Assembly (NCBI GenBank): GCA_002633005.1
Contig: NMRA01000379.1
Span: 248,001-312,000, forward strand
Direction of reading: 5' to 3'
Length of the DNA: 64,000 nt
Source of the DNA: Phoronis australis
Lineage: Eukaryota > Animalia > Phoronida
The position numbers and the translations under genes were made by a program. The notes under the pieces were generated by a model that made no database searches, was not told the origin of the DNA, and was given only the letters and a program-made list of their open reading frames with translations. The first letter of the stretch is position 1; every line of letters starts with the position of its first letter. Below, one piece after another: positions 1 through 10,800 of the stretch.

Positions 1-189
1 GTTTGGAAGTTTGCCAAATTTGGTCAATTTTTATGGTCCTTCATAAGCTTATGAAGTAGTAGTGAATAATGCACTCTTGTGGACTTTTTTTACTTATTAG
101 ACATGCTGGTTCTAATTGAACCAGGTTTGCTTCAATTTACAATTTACATTATCACCATTAATTTCAGTTGGATGTTATTTCCTTTCTAG

Positions 190-2289
190 TTAAGCATTCT
201 TTCGTGCACCGTGATTGGCTCGTATGGGTTTGCCATTGCCATAAACTCCTACATTCATGGTAGCCTTTCCTACATCATTGTTAACTCTGTGAAAAGAGCC
301 GTCAATGAGGATTTCAACCGTTCAATTATGGTGGCGCCGTTCCAATTATCAGGTTGGTGATGACATTGTATGGAAATGTGTGTATGTTGATGTTTGATAT
401 TCGCTTCCTCTTGCTGCTCAAATGAGATAACTAGAAATTAGCTGATGAGGAACTCAATATTCATCTGGTGTGGCAAGTGAAGCAAGGGACCCGTACCATT
501 CTGAAGAGAGGAATGATTTCGGCATGATATTTCTTAAACATCAGACACTTCATTTTGTATCAACTGATTCTGAAAACAGACTTAACAATTTATAAAACCA
601 TTAAATATGGGCATCGATGCAACATTTTCATGCACCCTCGTAGTCTGTAACATTGACGTGAACGGACGTTTGTCCTTGATCACAGTCCTTGAATTTGAGA
701 CGGTCAGAATCCTATTTCAAAATTTGGTTTGTGCTCCGACCTTGAGCAAAATAATTAGTTTTTATGGCCCATGTATAAGTATATGGATGCATAATACGGT
801 GCTTTCCCTGCATTTTGAAAGGAGCGTGGTGTTGAATGGCGAAAACGGGATGCATAGCTGGATGCCACACACGAGTATGGGAAGTAGGATCCCCCTATTG
901 CCTGGATTTCAAAAGGAGCATGGTGATGAATGGTCGCAGTGGCGACGCATTCGAGCATGGGAGGTGACATCCTCTATTGGGGGTTTGATAGGAGGCCTTC
1001 CGCAGGCAAAATTTGAAAAACTAGTTGTGCATTTTTTTGCATTCTACAAGTTTAGTCATCATAGAGGAGGCCTTAATCCAAGCATCATCCTCGACGTGAC
1101 GCCCATAGAACTTAGGTTTAATAAACTAATTTGTATAATAAAACTTGGCCGTTTTAGTTATGATGATGATTTATTGTATTCAAATTCAAGTCTTTTATTA
1201 AGCATGATGGTCTGTCCATCTTGTTGAAAAGAATGCAGTGCTGCTGTTGCCACATTTCAACACTCTGTGTTGCTCTTGTTATTGTTTTTGAGTTTGTTTT
1301 TTGGCATCGCCCCTCTATCAACCAAACCATTCTAAGGATGGTTATGAAAATTGGCACGCATGTTCCTACTATGAAGAAGACGAGTGACGATTTAGGGACA
1401 ACTCTGAGTACTGTGGCGTCTTCTAGGCAAATAGGTTTCTGTTTAAATAAGCGGTGACGATTTGACATAATGCACGCCGCTTAGTTGCCATTTTTATTAC
1501 ATTCGAATCTCTTGTGACATCTATCTCTTTATTGGCCAAACCACTTACGAATCGTTACGAAAATTGGTATACATGTTCTTACTGGAAAGAGCATCACTGA
1601 CAGGGATTTTTAGACAATTTTGACGAATGTGGTGCTTCCTAATGGCAGTTCTGCTTTTGTCGCACCTACAGCTGTTAACTCCTAAACCCCTGCAGAATAT
1701 TAGTGAAATTTGACATTATTATGCATTTCTATGTCAATGCAAGACAACTTTTGGACTTATCTGACTATACCGCTATTCCACCTTAAAGCCAATTTTGTAT
1801 TTTACGATCTTAGCAGGTCTGTTCCTATTGAGGAGAGTGTTGCTGACTTGCTAGTATGTACCCCCTAACGGCTATTTTAAGTTTACTAGCAGTGTTTCAT
1901 TTAGTGGGAATGCTCGATATAGTAATCAACCCTTGTATCTGTTCTGTATGCGATGTTTGGGTCATATCAAAGCTCTGCATTGCTCGTGTTCACTGTCACT
2001 GTCCTATACTTATCTACAGATTAATGAGCAGGTTACACCTTATATTGCAGAAATCCTCCTGTGTGCTGTATGGGGAGCTCTTGCCATCGCTGGTACATCT
2101 TTCCAGTTGTACCGTGAACGCAATAATGCGGACTTCCCTGATTGTCCATACAGGGTCCATCAAATCAATAGGCAACGTCACGTGTCTGCCATCAAGAGGA
2201 ATGAGAGAGCGCCACTGTTGGTGAGTGCTGATCAAGCCGTAGGACGACGAAGCCATTACGGCACAGACACCCAGCCAGAAGTCATGTGA
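190..2289 (+). CDS. TM7SF3: Transmembrane 7 superfamily member 3, last two coding exons (190-352 and 2051-2289); 5' part lies left of the window
   Basis: Exon 190-352 (ttctAG / GTtggt, 163 nt) reads LSILSCTVIGSYGFAIAINSYIHGSLSYIIVNSVKRAVNEDFNRSIMVAPFQLS. It joins in phase to 2051-2289 (ttgcAG), EILLCAVWGALAIAGTSFQLYRERNNADFPDCPY...ERAPLL...*. Both match the recalled TM7SF3 C-terminus (LNILTCGVIGSY..SLSYI..KRA...VPFQ; AVWGMLAVSG..LQIRRERG..FPPHPY; ERTPLL). Confidence 0.85.
1235..1800 (-). mobile_element. Fragments of Helentron-associated non-autonomous element (HINE/pearl-like)
   Basis: The reverse complement of the family 5' end (aacaagagcaacacagagtgttgaaatgtg) lies at ~1250-1280, followed by core-repeat sequence shared with the copies at 11.5, 34.5, 41 and 51 kb. 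Confidence 0.6.
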
Positions 2290-2331
2290 GCGGCCATCGC
2301 CAGTGGTAGTTGAGTTTCATGGAAAGTGTTG

Positions 2332-2492
2332 CATCTACTGACCACAAAGAGTTTGTCTCATCGGATGTGACTTTAGGCTTAAGTTAGACATCTACTGATT
2401 GTGAGCATTTGTCTCACCAGATGTGACTTTAGGCTAAAGTTAGACATCTACTGATTGTGAGCGTTTGTCTCATCAGATGTGACAAAGTTAGA
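2332..2492. repeat. Tandem repeat, 56-57 bp x ~3, just downstream of the TM7SF3 stop
   Basis: catctactga...tttgtctca...gatgtgactttaggc..aagttaga starts at 2332, 2389 and 2445. Confidence 0.85.
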
Positions 2493-3573
2493 TATTTCAT
2501 CTTGTTCTCCCTACAGCCATTTAATCTCATTTCGATGCAGTATAAATAGCCTGAGAATATCCTAATAATTGGTACCTAAACTGATCATTTGTTTTGCTTA
2601 AATCTGATGTGCTCTCACTTATCAAGCTGAAATTGTATTATAGTTATAAGTCTGCGTTCCAACAAAGAAGCAAACATTTGATTTAAAAACTTTCCACTTA
2701 AAAATTTGTGTCGACTTGTTCCTTACTAAGATGAGAAATGATTTGTGGGTTTGTTAAGAACCAGCAGTTTAATTGACCAATCTGGGCACATCAAGTGACT
2801 AGACACTACTCATATCCTACTTATGCAGCCTAGTCTTAGTAATAATGAATTGTAGCATGATAACTATGTCTAATTTGACTAAGGAACAAAGGAAAATTGG
2901 AGGCCAAATTCATTAATGTAAGTGGTTTAAATCAAATGTTGGTGCTTGTTTGGGAAAGAGGGTTGACGTCATGTAATGGCTAGGCTAGTTTGAGGCACTA
3001 CAATGTCATCTAGTCACAAGTTAAATTCACATACTCTCACAGTTGTAAACAGCCAACACTGCAACATGGCAGCAGCGAATGTTGTCAAGCTATTCTGATA
3101 ATGGCGGGAATATAAGACAAAATTTCTGCTGTAAGTCAATTTCCATTGGCATGGGCTTCAGGTTTTTTGGTAAAGGAGACCCTGTTGAAGCATGCCTTCT
3201 GATTAAGTAATGTCTACATTCTCGTCTTTTATATTACAGGGACACATTCCTATTATTGTATCGTATACTTCTTTACTGGAAAAGCTATGCGGGAACACAT
3301 GTCCACAAACTCTGTATGCAACAGTTGATTAAATACTTTTAAGCCATGTATGAAAAGTAAGAGCTGTGTTTGATTGAGGCATTCCCATGATAGCTGGGTG
3401 CAGTCAGCCATGAATAGACACCTAATAAAGCCATGACAATCTATAGGCACTTTAAAATCAGTGCATATGGAAATAATGACATGTTGATCCACAATAGTCC
3501 AATCAGGTGACAAAGGTGGAGAACAGACTGTACAGGTAAAGGTCAAAGTGCATTGCAGGGAAGAGACAAGAAA

Positions 3574-3825
3574 TCAAAACAGTTGGAGCTCAAATGAACC
3601 AATGTTTCTATTCAGATAGCACTCAGCATGATTCAACCTTATGTGCATAGCCTCCTTTATGAGGCGTCTGAGGGTGGCATTATTCTTGCCCAAGATCTGA
3701 ACACCAGAGTAATCTGTAGTGTGACCAGTGCTAAATGAATGGTTAAGAACAGCACTGTGTGTGTCTTTACAGTGTTCTTTGACTGTGATGCTGAGAATCC
3801 TGTTGGTCATTCCAATTCTTCATAT
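3574..3825 (-). mobile_element. Penelope-like retroelement relic, C-terminal part of the GIY-YIG endonuclease
   Basis: (RIG)MTNRILSITVKEH..SAVLNH...GH..DYSGVQILG.....RRLIKEAMHI....LNRNIG matches the Penelope GIY-YIG pattern YIGxTxRxLxxRxKEH...SAxxxH...R.IKEAxHI...LNRxxG. Confidence 0.8.
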
Positions 3826-5378
3826 TATGTGCCACCTGATTAGAATATTGTGAACTTTTGTCTTTACAATGGTTTAGAGACAATGAACCAAAAGGTACTC
3901 CAATATTTACGTATGCGCTGATTTTAAAGTTTGCACTCATATTTTGGCCAAAACCAAATGTGACAATCTATTCACAGCTGGTCTTTTGTTGGAGGTGGTA
4001 GTGTCAACCTTACCACTGTGTTGTGGTTATTACACTGTAGTATCGTATGGAGTCTGGTTTGGGGGTAAGCCTGCTAATGCTAATAAATTGGATTAGGCCA
4101 AAAAGCATTGTTGATTTTCGTATTTTTTTTGGAAAATTGAGTTTGTGGTGCAACATTTTTTTAAATGCTCATTTTTTCAAAACAGAAACTCCGTGATGTG
4201 GGATTTTTTTGCACATAGCTTGACAAATCATGGCATTTCAAACCTTGCTTACCGTAACTTTTCAGAAAAAAAGGGAGAGGTTGGTTGAACTGGATAGGGG
4301 TTGCCCTTTTTTTAGTCTTTGTTTTTGCAGGTCTGAAAATGACCTGAATGACTCACTGCCCTGGTGGTACCTAAGTCAGGGAAAGAACTGGTTGATGTGC
4401 ATTGCAAAAGAAACTGAGATCAAGTAAGAACTAGAATATACTGATAGTTCTCCAAGTGGTTGTTGTTATGGTAACCACGGGCAGTATGCATCTTCTGCTC
4501 ATTTTGTTGTCTCAGTGACATGTCAGTTTGGGGAGAGTTGATTTGGTTGTACTTTGTTTCAATATAAACAGCTTTCTATAATTTGACTTGGTTCACGACA
4601 AACACTTTTACAGCCATAGGTCTTCCTCTGTTCCATGTTATGACTAGTGTTTATGATAATTCTGTATGGAGACAGCTTTGAAGTGTTTTTCTTGTAGTTA
4701 ACAAGGAATGGTGGCATGTGAAACACTTGTTGAATGTTTTCTAAAAAGAAGCCACTGGAAAATGTCTTATGATTTAACTTAAAATTTTGCTACTATAAAC
4801 TATTTATATTTTGTTAAGCTTTAAAACTTTATTCTGAAATTTTGTATTGAAGAATGTATGGCAGTGATGCTTTGTTGAATTTGTTTAATAATAGTTGTTC
4901 AAAATTCAGGTTTCTTCTTTATCATTGTGCAACATCTCTTATAGACTGGCAGCCCAGAGCAGTTAGCATAGATGAACAGGTACCAACATCTGAGCATAGG
5001 AGCACTTAATAATTCACCTCAGTATAGGTATACAGAAATGGATATCTGCTGTTGTCTGCTCTCTGGGTGTGAGCCCTGGGTACCTTACAAGGGGGCCAAA
5101 AATGAGCTAGATTAGATATTTGAGGTATGGGCCAAAATTACTGCATTGAACACTGAAGGACCCATGACGGACAAATTGCACTCTGGAATGAGTCTGGCAG
5201 AAACCAAAAAGGAATTTCAAAAAAATGAGCTAGCTCGTGCATTCGAGGTTCCACAAATATCAACAATCTGTCCCAACATAGACTAATATCTATGGTCCCA
5301 ATGAACTTCGGATTACCCATGATTGACAAATTGTCCTCTGGGAAGGGTTCACCGGAAACTCAAAAACGACACCCAAAA

Positions 5379-5909
5379 NNNNNNNNNNNNNNNNNNNNNN
5401 NNNNNNNNNNNNNNNNNNNNNNNNNNNNNNNNNNNNNNNNNNNNNNNNNNNNNNNNNNNNNNNNNNNNNNNNNNNNNNNNNNNNNNNNNNNNNNNNNNNN
5501 NNNNNNNNNNNNNNNNNNNNNNNNNNNNNNNNNNNNNNNNNNNNNNNNNNNNNNNNNNNNNNNNNNNNNNNNNNNNNNNNNNNNNNNNNNNNNNNNNNNN
5601 NNNNNNNNNNNNNNNNNNNNNNNNNNNNNNNNNNNNNNNNNNNNNNNNNNNNNNNNNNNNNNNNNNNNNNNNNNNNNNNNNNNNNNNNNNNNNNNNNNNN
5701 NNNNNNNNNNNNNNNNNNNNNNNNNNNNNNNNNNNNNNNNNNNNNNNNNNNNNNNNNNNNNNNNNNNNNNNNNNNNNNNNNNNNNNNNNNNNNNNNNNNN
5801 NNNNNNNNNNNNNNNNNNNNNNNNNNNNNNNNNNNNNNNNNNNNNNNNNNNNNNNNNNNNNNNNNNNNNNNNNNNNNNNNNNNNNNNNNNNNNNNNNNNN
5901 NNNNNNNNN
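5379..5909. other. Assembly gap (531 N)
   Basis: Run of N followed by a poly-G edge. All ORFs crossing it are artefacts. Confidence 0.99.
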
Positions 5910-6499
5910 GGGGGGGGGGGGGGAAAGGGGGCCCGGCCTCCCCCTTGGCTGCTGCAAAAAATATAAAACAGCATGAGCGTAGGGAAATGTTGAGTTTATT
6001 AATTAACCCCGGATGAAACAAGATTTAAATTTGTGCAGTTTTAGTGTTTGAGGGGGGGGGGTTGGGCTCAGATCCAATTTCAAGTGTCGAATTCGGAACA
6101 CGGCGCAATCTTAACGGAACTATGGCCAAGTATAGGCTCTCCCGCGATATTCCAGGCGACTGGCAGTCGCGCTGCGCACTACGACTCCGTTTCTGTCGTC
6201 TGCTCCACTGTGCAATGAAGTTACTACATTTTTTAAAGAAAATGGAACCTGAGTGACGATGAAAAAACAGAAGCTGCTGGTAAGATGTGAACTTTAATTG
6301 AAGCCTTGGTGAATCACTCAGAAACTCATAATTCTCTTTTTGTCAAGTTTAAGTAGTGAGTTAAGGTGAACTCAGTGATTTATTGTTGGTTCAGAGAGAG
6401 AATGCACAACGATTGACGAGTGTAGTGTTATTGGCTGGAATCAAGGAATGTGCCGTCTGTCAAAAACGGGGCAGGTTTTGAGGAAATTAGTTTATTTTA

Positions 6500-7130
6500 T
6501 AGTTCGTGGGGACATTGGGGGTAAATGTGATACACGTTGATTACTGGTGCCAGGCCATACACCCAACCACGACTCTTCTAGGCACCTTTCATAAGGAATC
6601 TAGATGCGAGCATCCTGATAGTTTCGATCAAGTTTTGAGTCAGAATTCGGAAGGAGTCCTTCACGTTATGGTCTCCCTATGTAACAAATTTTCCTGAAAA
6701 CGTGAAGGTGAAAATGCCCTCACGCCTCGCTCACTTCCCTGAAATTCCCGTGGACGGGTTAGTTACTGATTTGCATGAAATGGAAATTCCAAAACCTTGG
6801 ACCCTCGATAACGAATTTTGATTATGTCGCTGTGGGAATAGCAGCATCGCTTTTGATTTTGGGAATAGTCGTTTTCATACTACGTAGACAAATTGCACGT
6901 GCCAAACTTAATCAGTATCAGCCTGTGTTAACCAGTGATAGACGCCCAGTTGCCAGTGCACTCATGAGTGCACCTAACGACGCCCGATAGACATCACTGG
7001 CTGGGGAGAAACCCAGCGCTGACAATCACCTCGCCAAACTGGCTCAGCTGAATGAAACAACTCATCCAACATAAGTATCCTGACTTGGATCTGGCAACTG
7101 AAGACGGTCAGGAGGAAACCTCCGCGTGAC
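6500..7130 (+). pseudogene. Degraded C-terminus of an envelope/fusion-like (baculovirus F-like) protein from an env-bearing LTR retroelement
   Basis: Joining frames across two frameshifts gives WCQAIHPTTTLLGTFHKESRCEHPDSFDQVL.../LWSPYVTNFPENVKVKMPSRLAHFPEIPVDGLVTDLHEMEIPKPW.../FDYVAVGIAASLLILGIVVFILRRQ (a TM helix with basic stop-transfer) and a broken tail ending KYPDLDLATEDGQEETSA*. No introns are needed. It resembles the membrane-proximal region of invertebrate LTR-element env proteins (from memory). Confidence 0.5.
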
Positions 7131-7843
7131 TCTGGACAATCAGTAACACCATAGTAGCAGCACTACCGACCCTCACACTAGAGACTCTACAGTACACTAG
7201 AGACTCTACAGTACACTAGATAGTCGACAAGGAAGGTGGTGGTTATTGACACTTGACTCTTGCATTTGATACCTAATAATATGAAACAATTACAAGGATG
7301 ATAACCAGACAGTTAACAAAGAAGCTAGATGTTATCACACGCTCACCGCCCTCTACGTCTGGTAAAATCACTGAACGCATGACAGCGTTTTCCTGTTCAG
7401 TGACTTTACCAGTGGTGGCAGATTGTCAAATACCATCAAAGTAATCTGGTACAATAGCTTTAGTTTTAAAGTAGTTCCCTGCCTGGAGCAAAGGTCATCA
7501 TTTGCTATGCATAGTAGGCCTCACTAGCAGACCTACCATGGAGTTTCAATTAGATTGGTCGAGTAGACAAGGCTTTAATCAGCCCCTGAAATAATTCTCA
7601 GGCCAAGCCCAGAATGGTATTCCTGGATGACTCATAGTAAAACATAGCAGATCATGCAGGATTAATAGGGCACTTAAAACCTGATTTCTACACATTACCA
7701 GAATATTACCCAACATTAATTTTTTTTCGAAAATCGCTATATCCTCCACAAAAACAACCATCAAAATCCACAGCAATATCATGAATATCAACAAAACAAA
7801 ATCAATAGATTATTAAACAACGGGATTTCAAGGTTAGGTCATT

Positions 7844-10800
7844 TTAGATTGCTGCAGTCTTATCCACAGTTTCGTAAACATCTGATCTCTTTTGAACAGA
7901 GACAGGTATCTGTTGACGGACTTCATTCACATAGTTGACATCTGCAAAGAGAAATATATTAACTGTTAAAATAACATTACAGGACAAAAATAGTAGCTGA
8001 AATTTCCATATTTCTATTTTTCAGAGGCCTTAACACATTGTACCAAATACTCAAAGTTTTACCAAATGTCTAGTAATAGCTATGCCATACAAACCACATT
8101 ACAAGCAAATTAATGTTTCCTGAAAAGTTATTTTTTGTTGAGAAATTCAACAAAATAAAAATTTCACATGTCTGCCGTATTGTGTCCCAAACTGAAAAAA
8201 TTACCAAAATTTAAACCTTCTAAACTTATCACTAAGCATAGCAGAACAACTTCTAGACTAGTTCAAGTGAGGTCACCTATCAAGAACATGCATAAATAGT
8301 CATTTGTAATGCACACAGGGATGAGGGAGTATGGTGTGTGAACTCAACCCAGAATATAGTCAAGACCTAGGACACCTTTCATGAAACTTTTTTGGTCTTA
8401 AATTAGGTCAAAATCAGGCGAACTTAAAAAAAATTGTCACGGCTCTATTTCTTCATACTTGGAAAGAACAAAATAAAAACCATAACTTGTTCTTTCCACA
8501 TTATCGCTAATTTGATCAACCAGCCTACTCAATCAGTGATAATAGCCTGTCAGCTTATTGTCCCAAAGGTCCCATTTTGCATTATGGAATTTTGGATTAC
8601 TAAACGTGACTAAACCAAGTACAGTCCACGACAAGTATCTAAGAAATAACTTGCCATATTAAACAAGCCACAGTTCAAACCACATTGTATTCCAAAAGTA
8701 CCTGGAAAAATGACAACTAGATAGATGATTTCATCTTCAAAGTTTCTCCGTATTAAGATTTCGCCTCCATGGCCAGCCATTTTTACCATCATGACGAGAA
8801 ATGTTCACTTTATGTGTGAACTGTACTTACCTACATCACCATACACAATCTCCTCTGAACTGCCTGCCTTGGCAACAACCTCACCCCTAGAAATGAGAAA
8901 CATCATCAAAATATACTCAAGATTTTCTGCAGGCATCAGAATCATGGCCCGTATTGTGGTCGTGTACACTTTGTCAATAGAAACAATGACTTCTAGGCAA
9001 TAAAATGCTGGATGAAATAAATTAAACTAGTGTGGACTAAAAATTGGTAATCGTTAGATCTGTTTGACTTCTAAAATTGAACTCCCTGTGAAAACTAGTA
9101 GCGTTGTTCTTCTTTACCAAAGAAATACTATAAATATTAGCCATCATTTTTGATTTTTTAACCAAGGCGGGATACGTAATTGTGGTGCATGACTTGTGAG
9201 CTCAAACAAAAGATCGTGAGAAAGTTCCGCAATAAACTAGGTTGTTATCTCATATTGGAAACCACTTTTGTTAGGAGTTGAAACTAAATGGGGGTTATTT
9301 ATAATGCCCAAAAACCTTCCAAAATCCACTCAAGTATCCACTTCCAATTGAACCTGTGTATCGTATGTGGAGATCTATGAACTAACGATGTGAAAATGTA
9401 ATCAGCAGTCAGCAAGTGGAAATCTTTCATTTTAAGTTATCGTGATTTCAATCAATAGTTATCACCCCCTAAACAATTTACAAAAAACTGAAGAGCCAAC
9501 TGTATTCTCATTCGAGGTGATTAGATAAGAATTGAGTAGAGTCCGAGTCAAGTCAGCATTCGAGGGTTAGACGCAATCAATTGTGTTGACAGTGTATAGT
9601 ATTGTATGACTAGTAATGTGCATGTTAAATTACGCTCGTCTGTAATTTAGTTGTACCCCCAATTAATACGTTGCTCATGTGACATTGGCTTTTAAGTGCG
9701 TTTTTCCGCTTTAGTATTTGCATTTGCCATCCATGATCTGCATACAGGGCACGTGTGTTGTCCGTTGGCTGATTTTGCATAAGTAACAGGTTTTCCTAAT
9801 GTGAGTGAACGTTCTCAACTATTTTTGGTACTTAGTATGTGCACTGCATTTTTTCATCTTCTATTTTTTGTTCTTTGCGCCCTAAGTTTATTTGACGCAT
9901 TTTCTCTCTTTGGTTTGAGCATTTCGCGCGAGAGGTTGCACTTCACATATCTTTTAGTTATCTCTTGTGCCTGAATTCACTTCTATTTTGACCAGTGTAA
10001 CAGTTACTTTTTTATTATGCTCTTTCTGTTGCATTATATTTATATGTAAGCTTCCCCAGTATTCTTGTTTGTGTCGAAAGGTCAAAGATCATATGGCATA
10101 TTCATGTACATTTTAGACATATTAGACTGTTCTTGTAATTACTTACATATTTTGTTTATGCATGGTCGGTAAATGGGATTCTATTACTTCATTTCGTGTA
10201 CATTTCTTGGTTACTTATGAGGTATCTTTTGTCTCTTTTCAGCTTAGTATGCTGATGTTTTTGCGAGAAAGCAATTAAAGCTGAACTCTTTGTAAAGTGA
10301 CTTGCATCACTCGCTATCATTCAGGCGTCTACATTGTGCCACAACATGACCTACAACCAACATATTGCTTCTAATCCAACTAAGCAACACTGAGAGTGCT
10401 TTTATACTAGGAAGTGGTCTAGATGAAAAGTCGGGTCAGAAGGTGTGTTCACACAGTGCAATCCAAAAGTATTCAAATGACTTGGAATTCATCATCAGAG
10501 TTGTCTCCCCTGATGACTGAGAATGAAGGGGAATTAACAGGACAGGTAGAAATGATAGAAATGGTATATCCTTTCATTATTTTGGTCTCTACTGAAGCAG
10601 ATTTAACGAATTGTTATTGTAGCTCGGTCTGTCCCTCTTACCATGGATTGGCCAGAGTGGTACCTCCCCATACAACATAGGATGCAGTTTCATCTCGTGC
10701 TGGTGACACAGCAGCAACATAGCACTGATTGTCCAGAGCACGCGATCTTATCAGCAGCTCCCAGTGGGCAGGGCCAGTTGTCATGTTAAAGGCTCCAGGG

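Noticed and set aside
607-1227. 206-aa ORF on the + strand
   Set aside because: It lies inside the last TM7SF3 intron and has no recognisable domain or splice context. It is likely a chance or repeat-derived ORF.
5290-6021. Five long ORFs containing X runs
   Set aside because: Artefacts of translating through the N gap.
9560-10333. Possible second solo LTR (attaaa signal, ends ...gcgtctaca)
   Set aside because: I could not find a clean TG start or a target-site duplication, so it is left uncalled.
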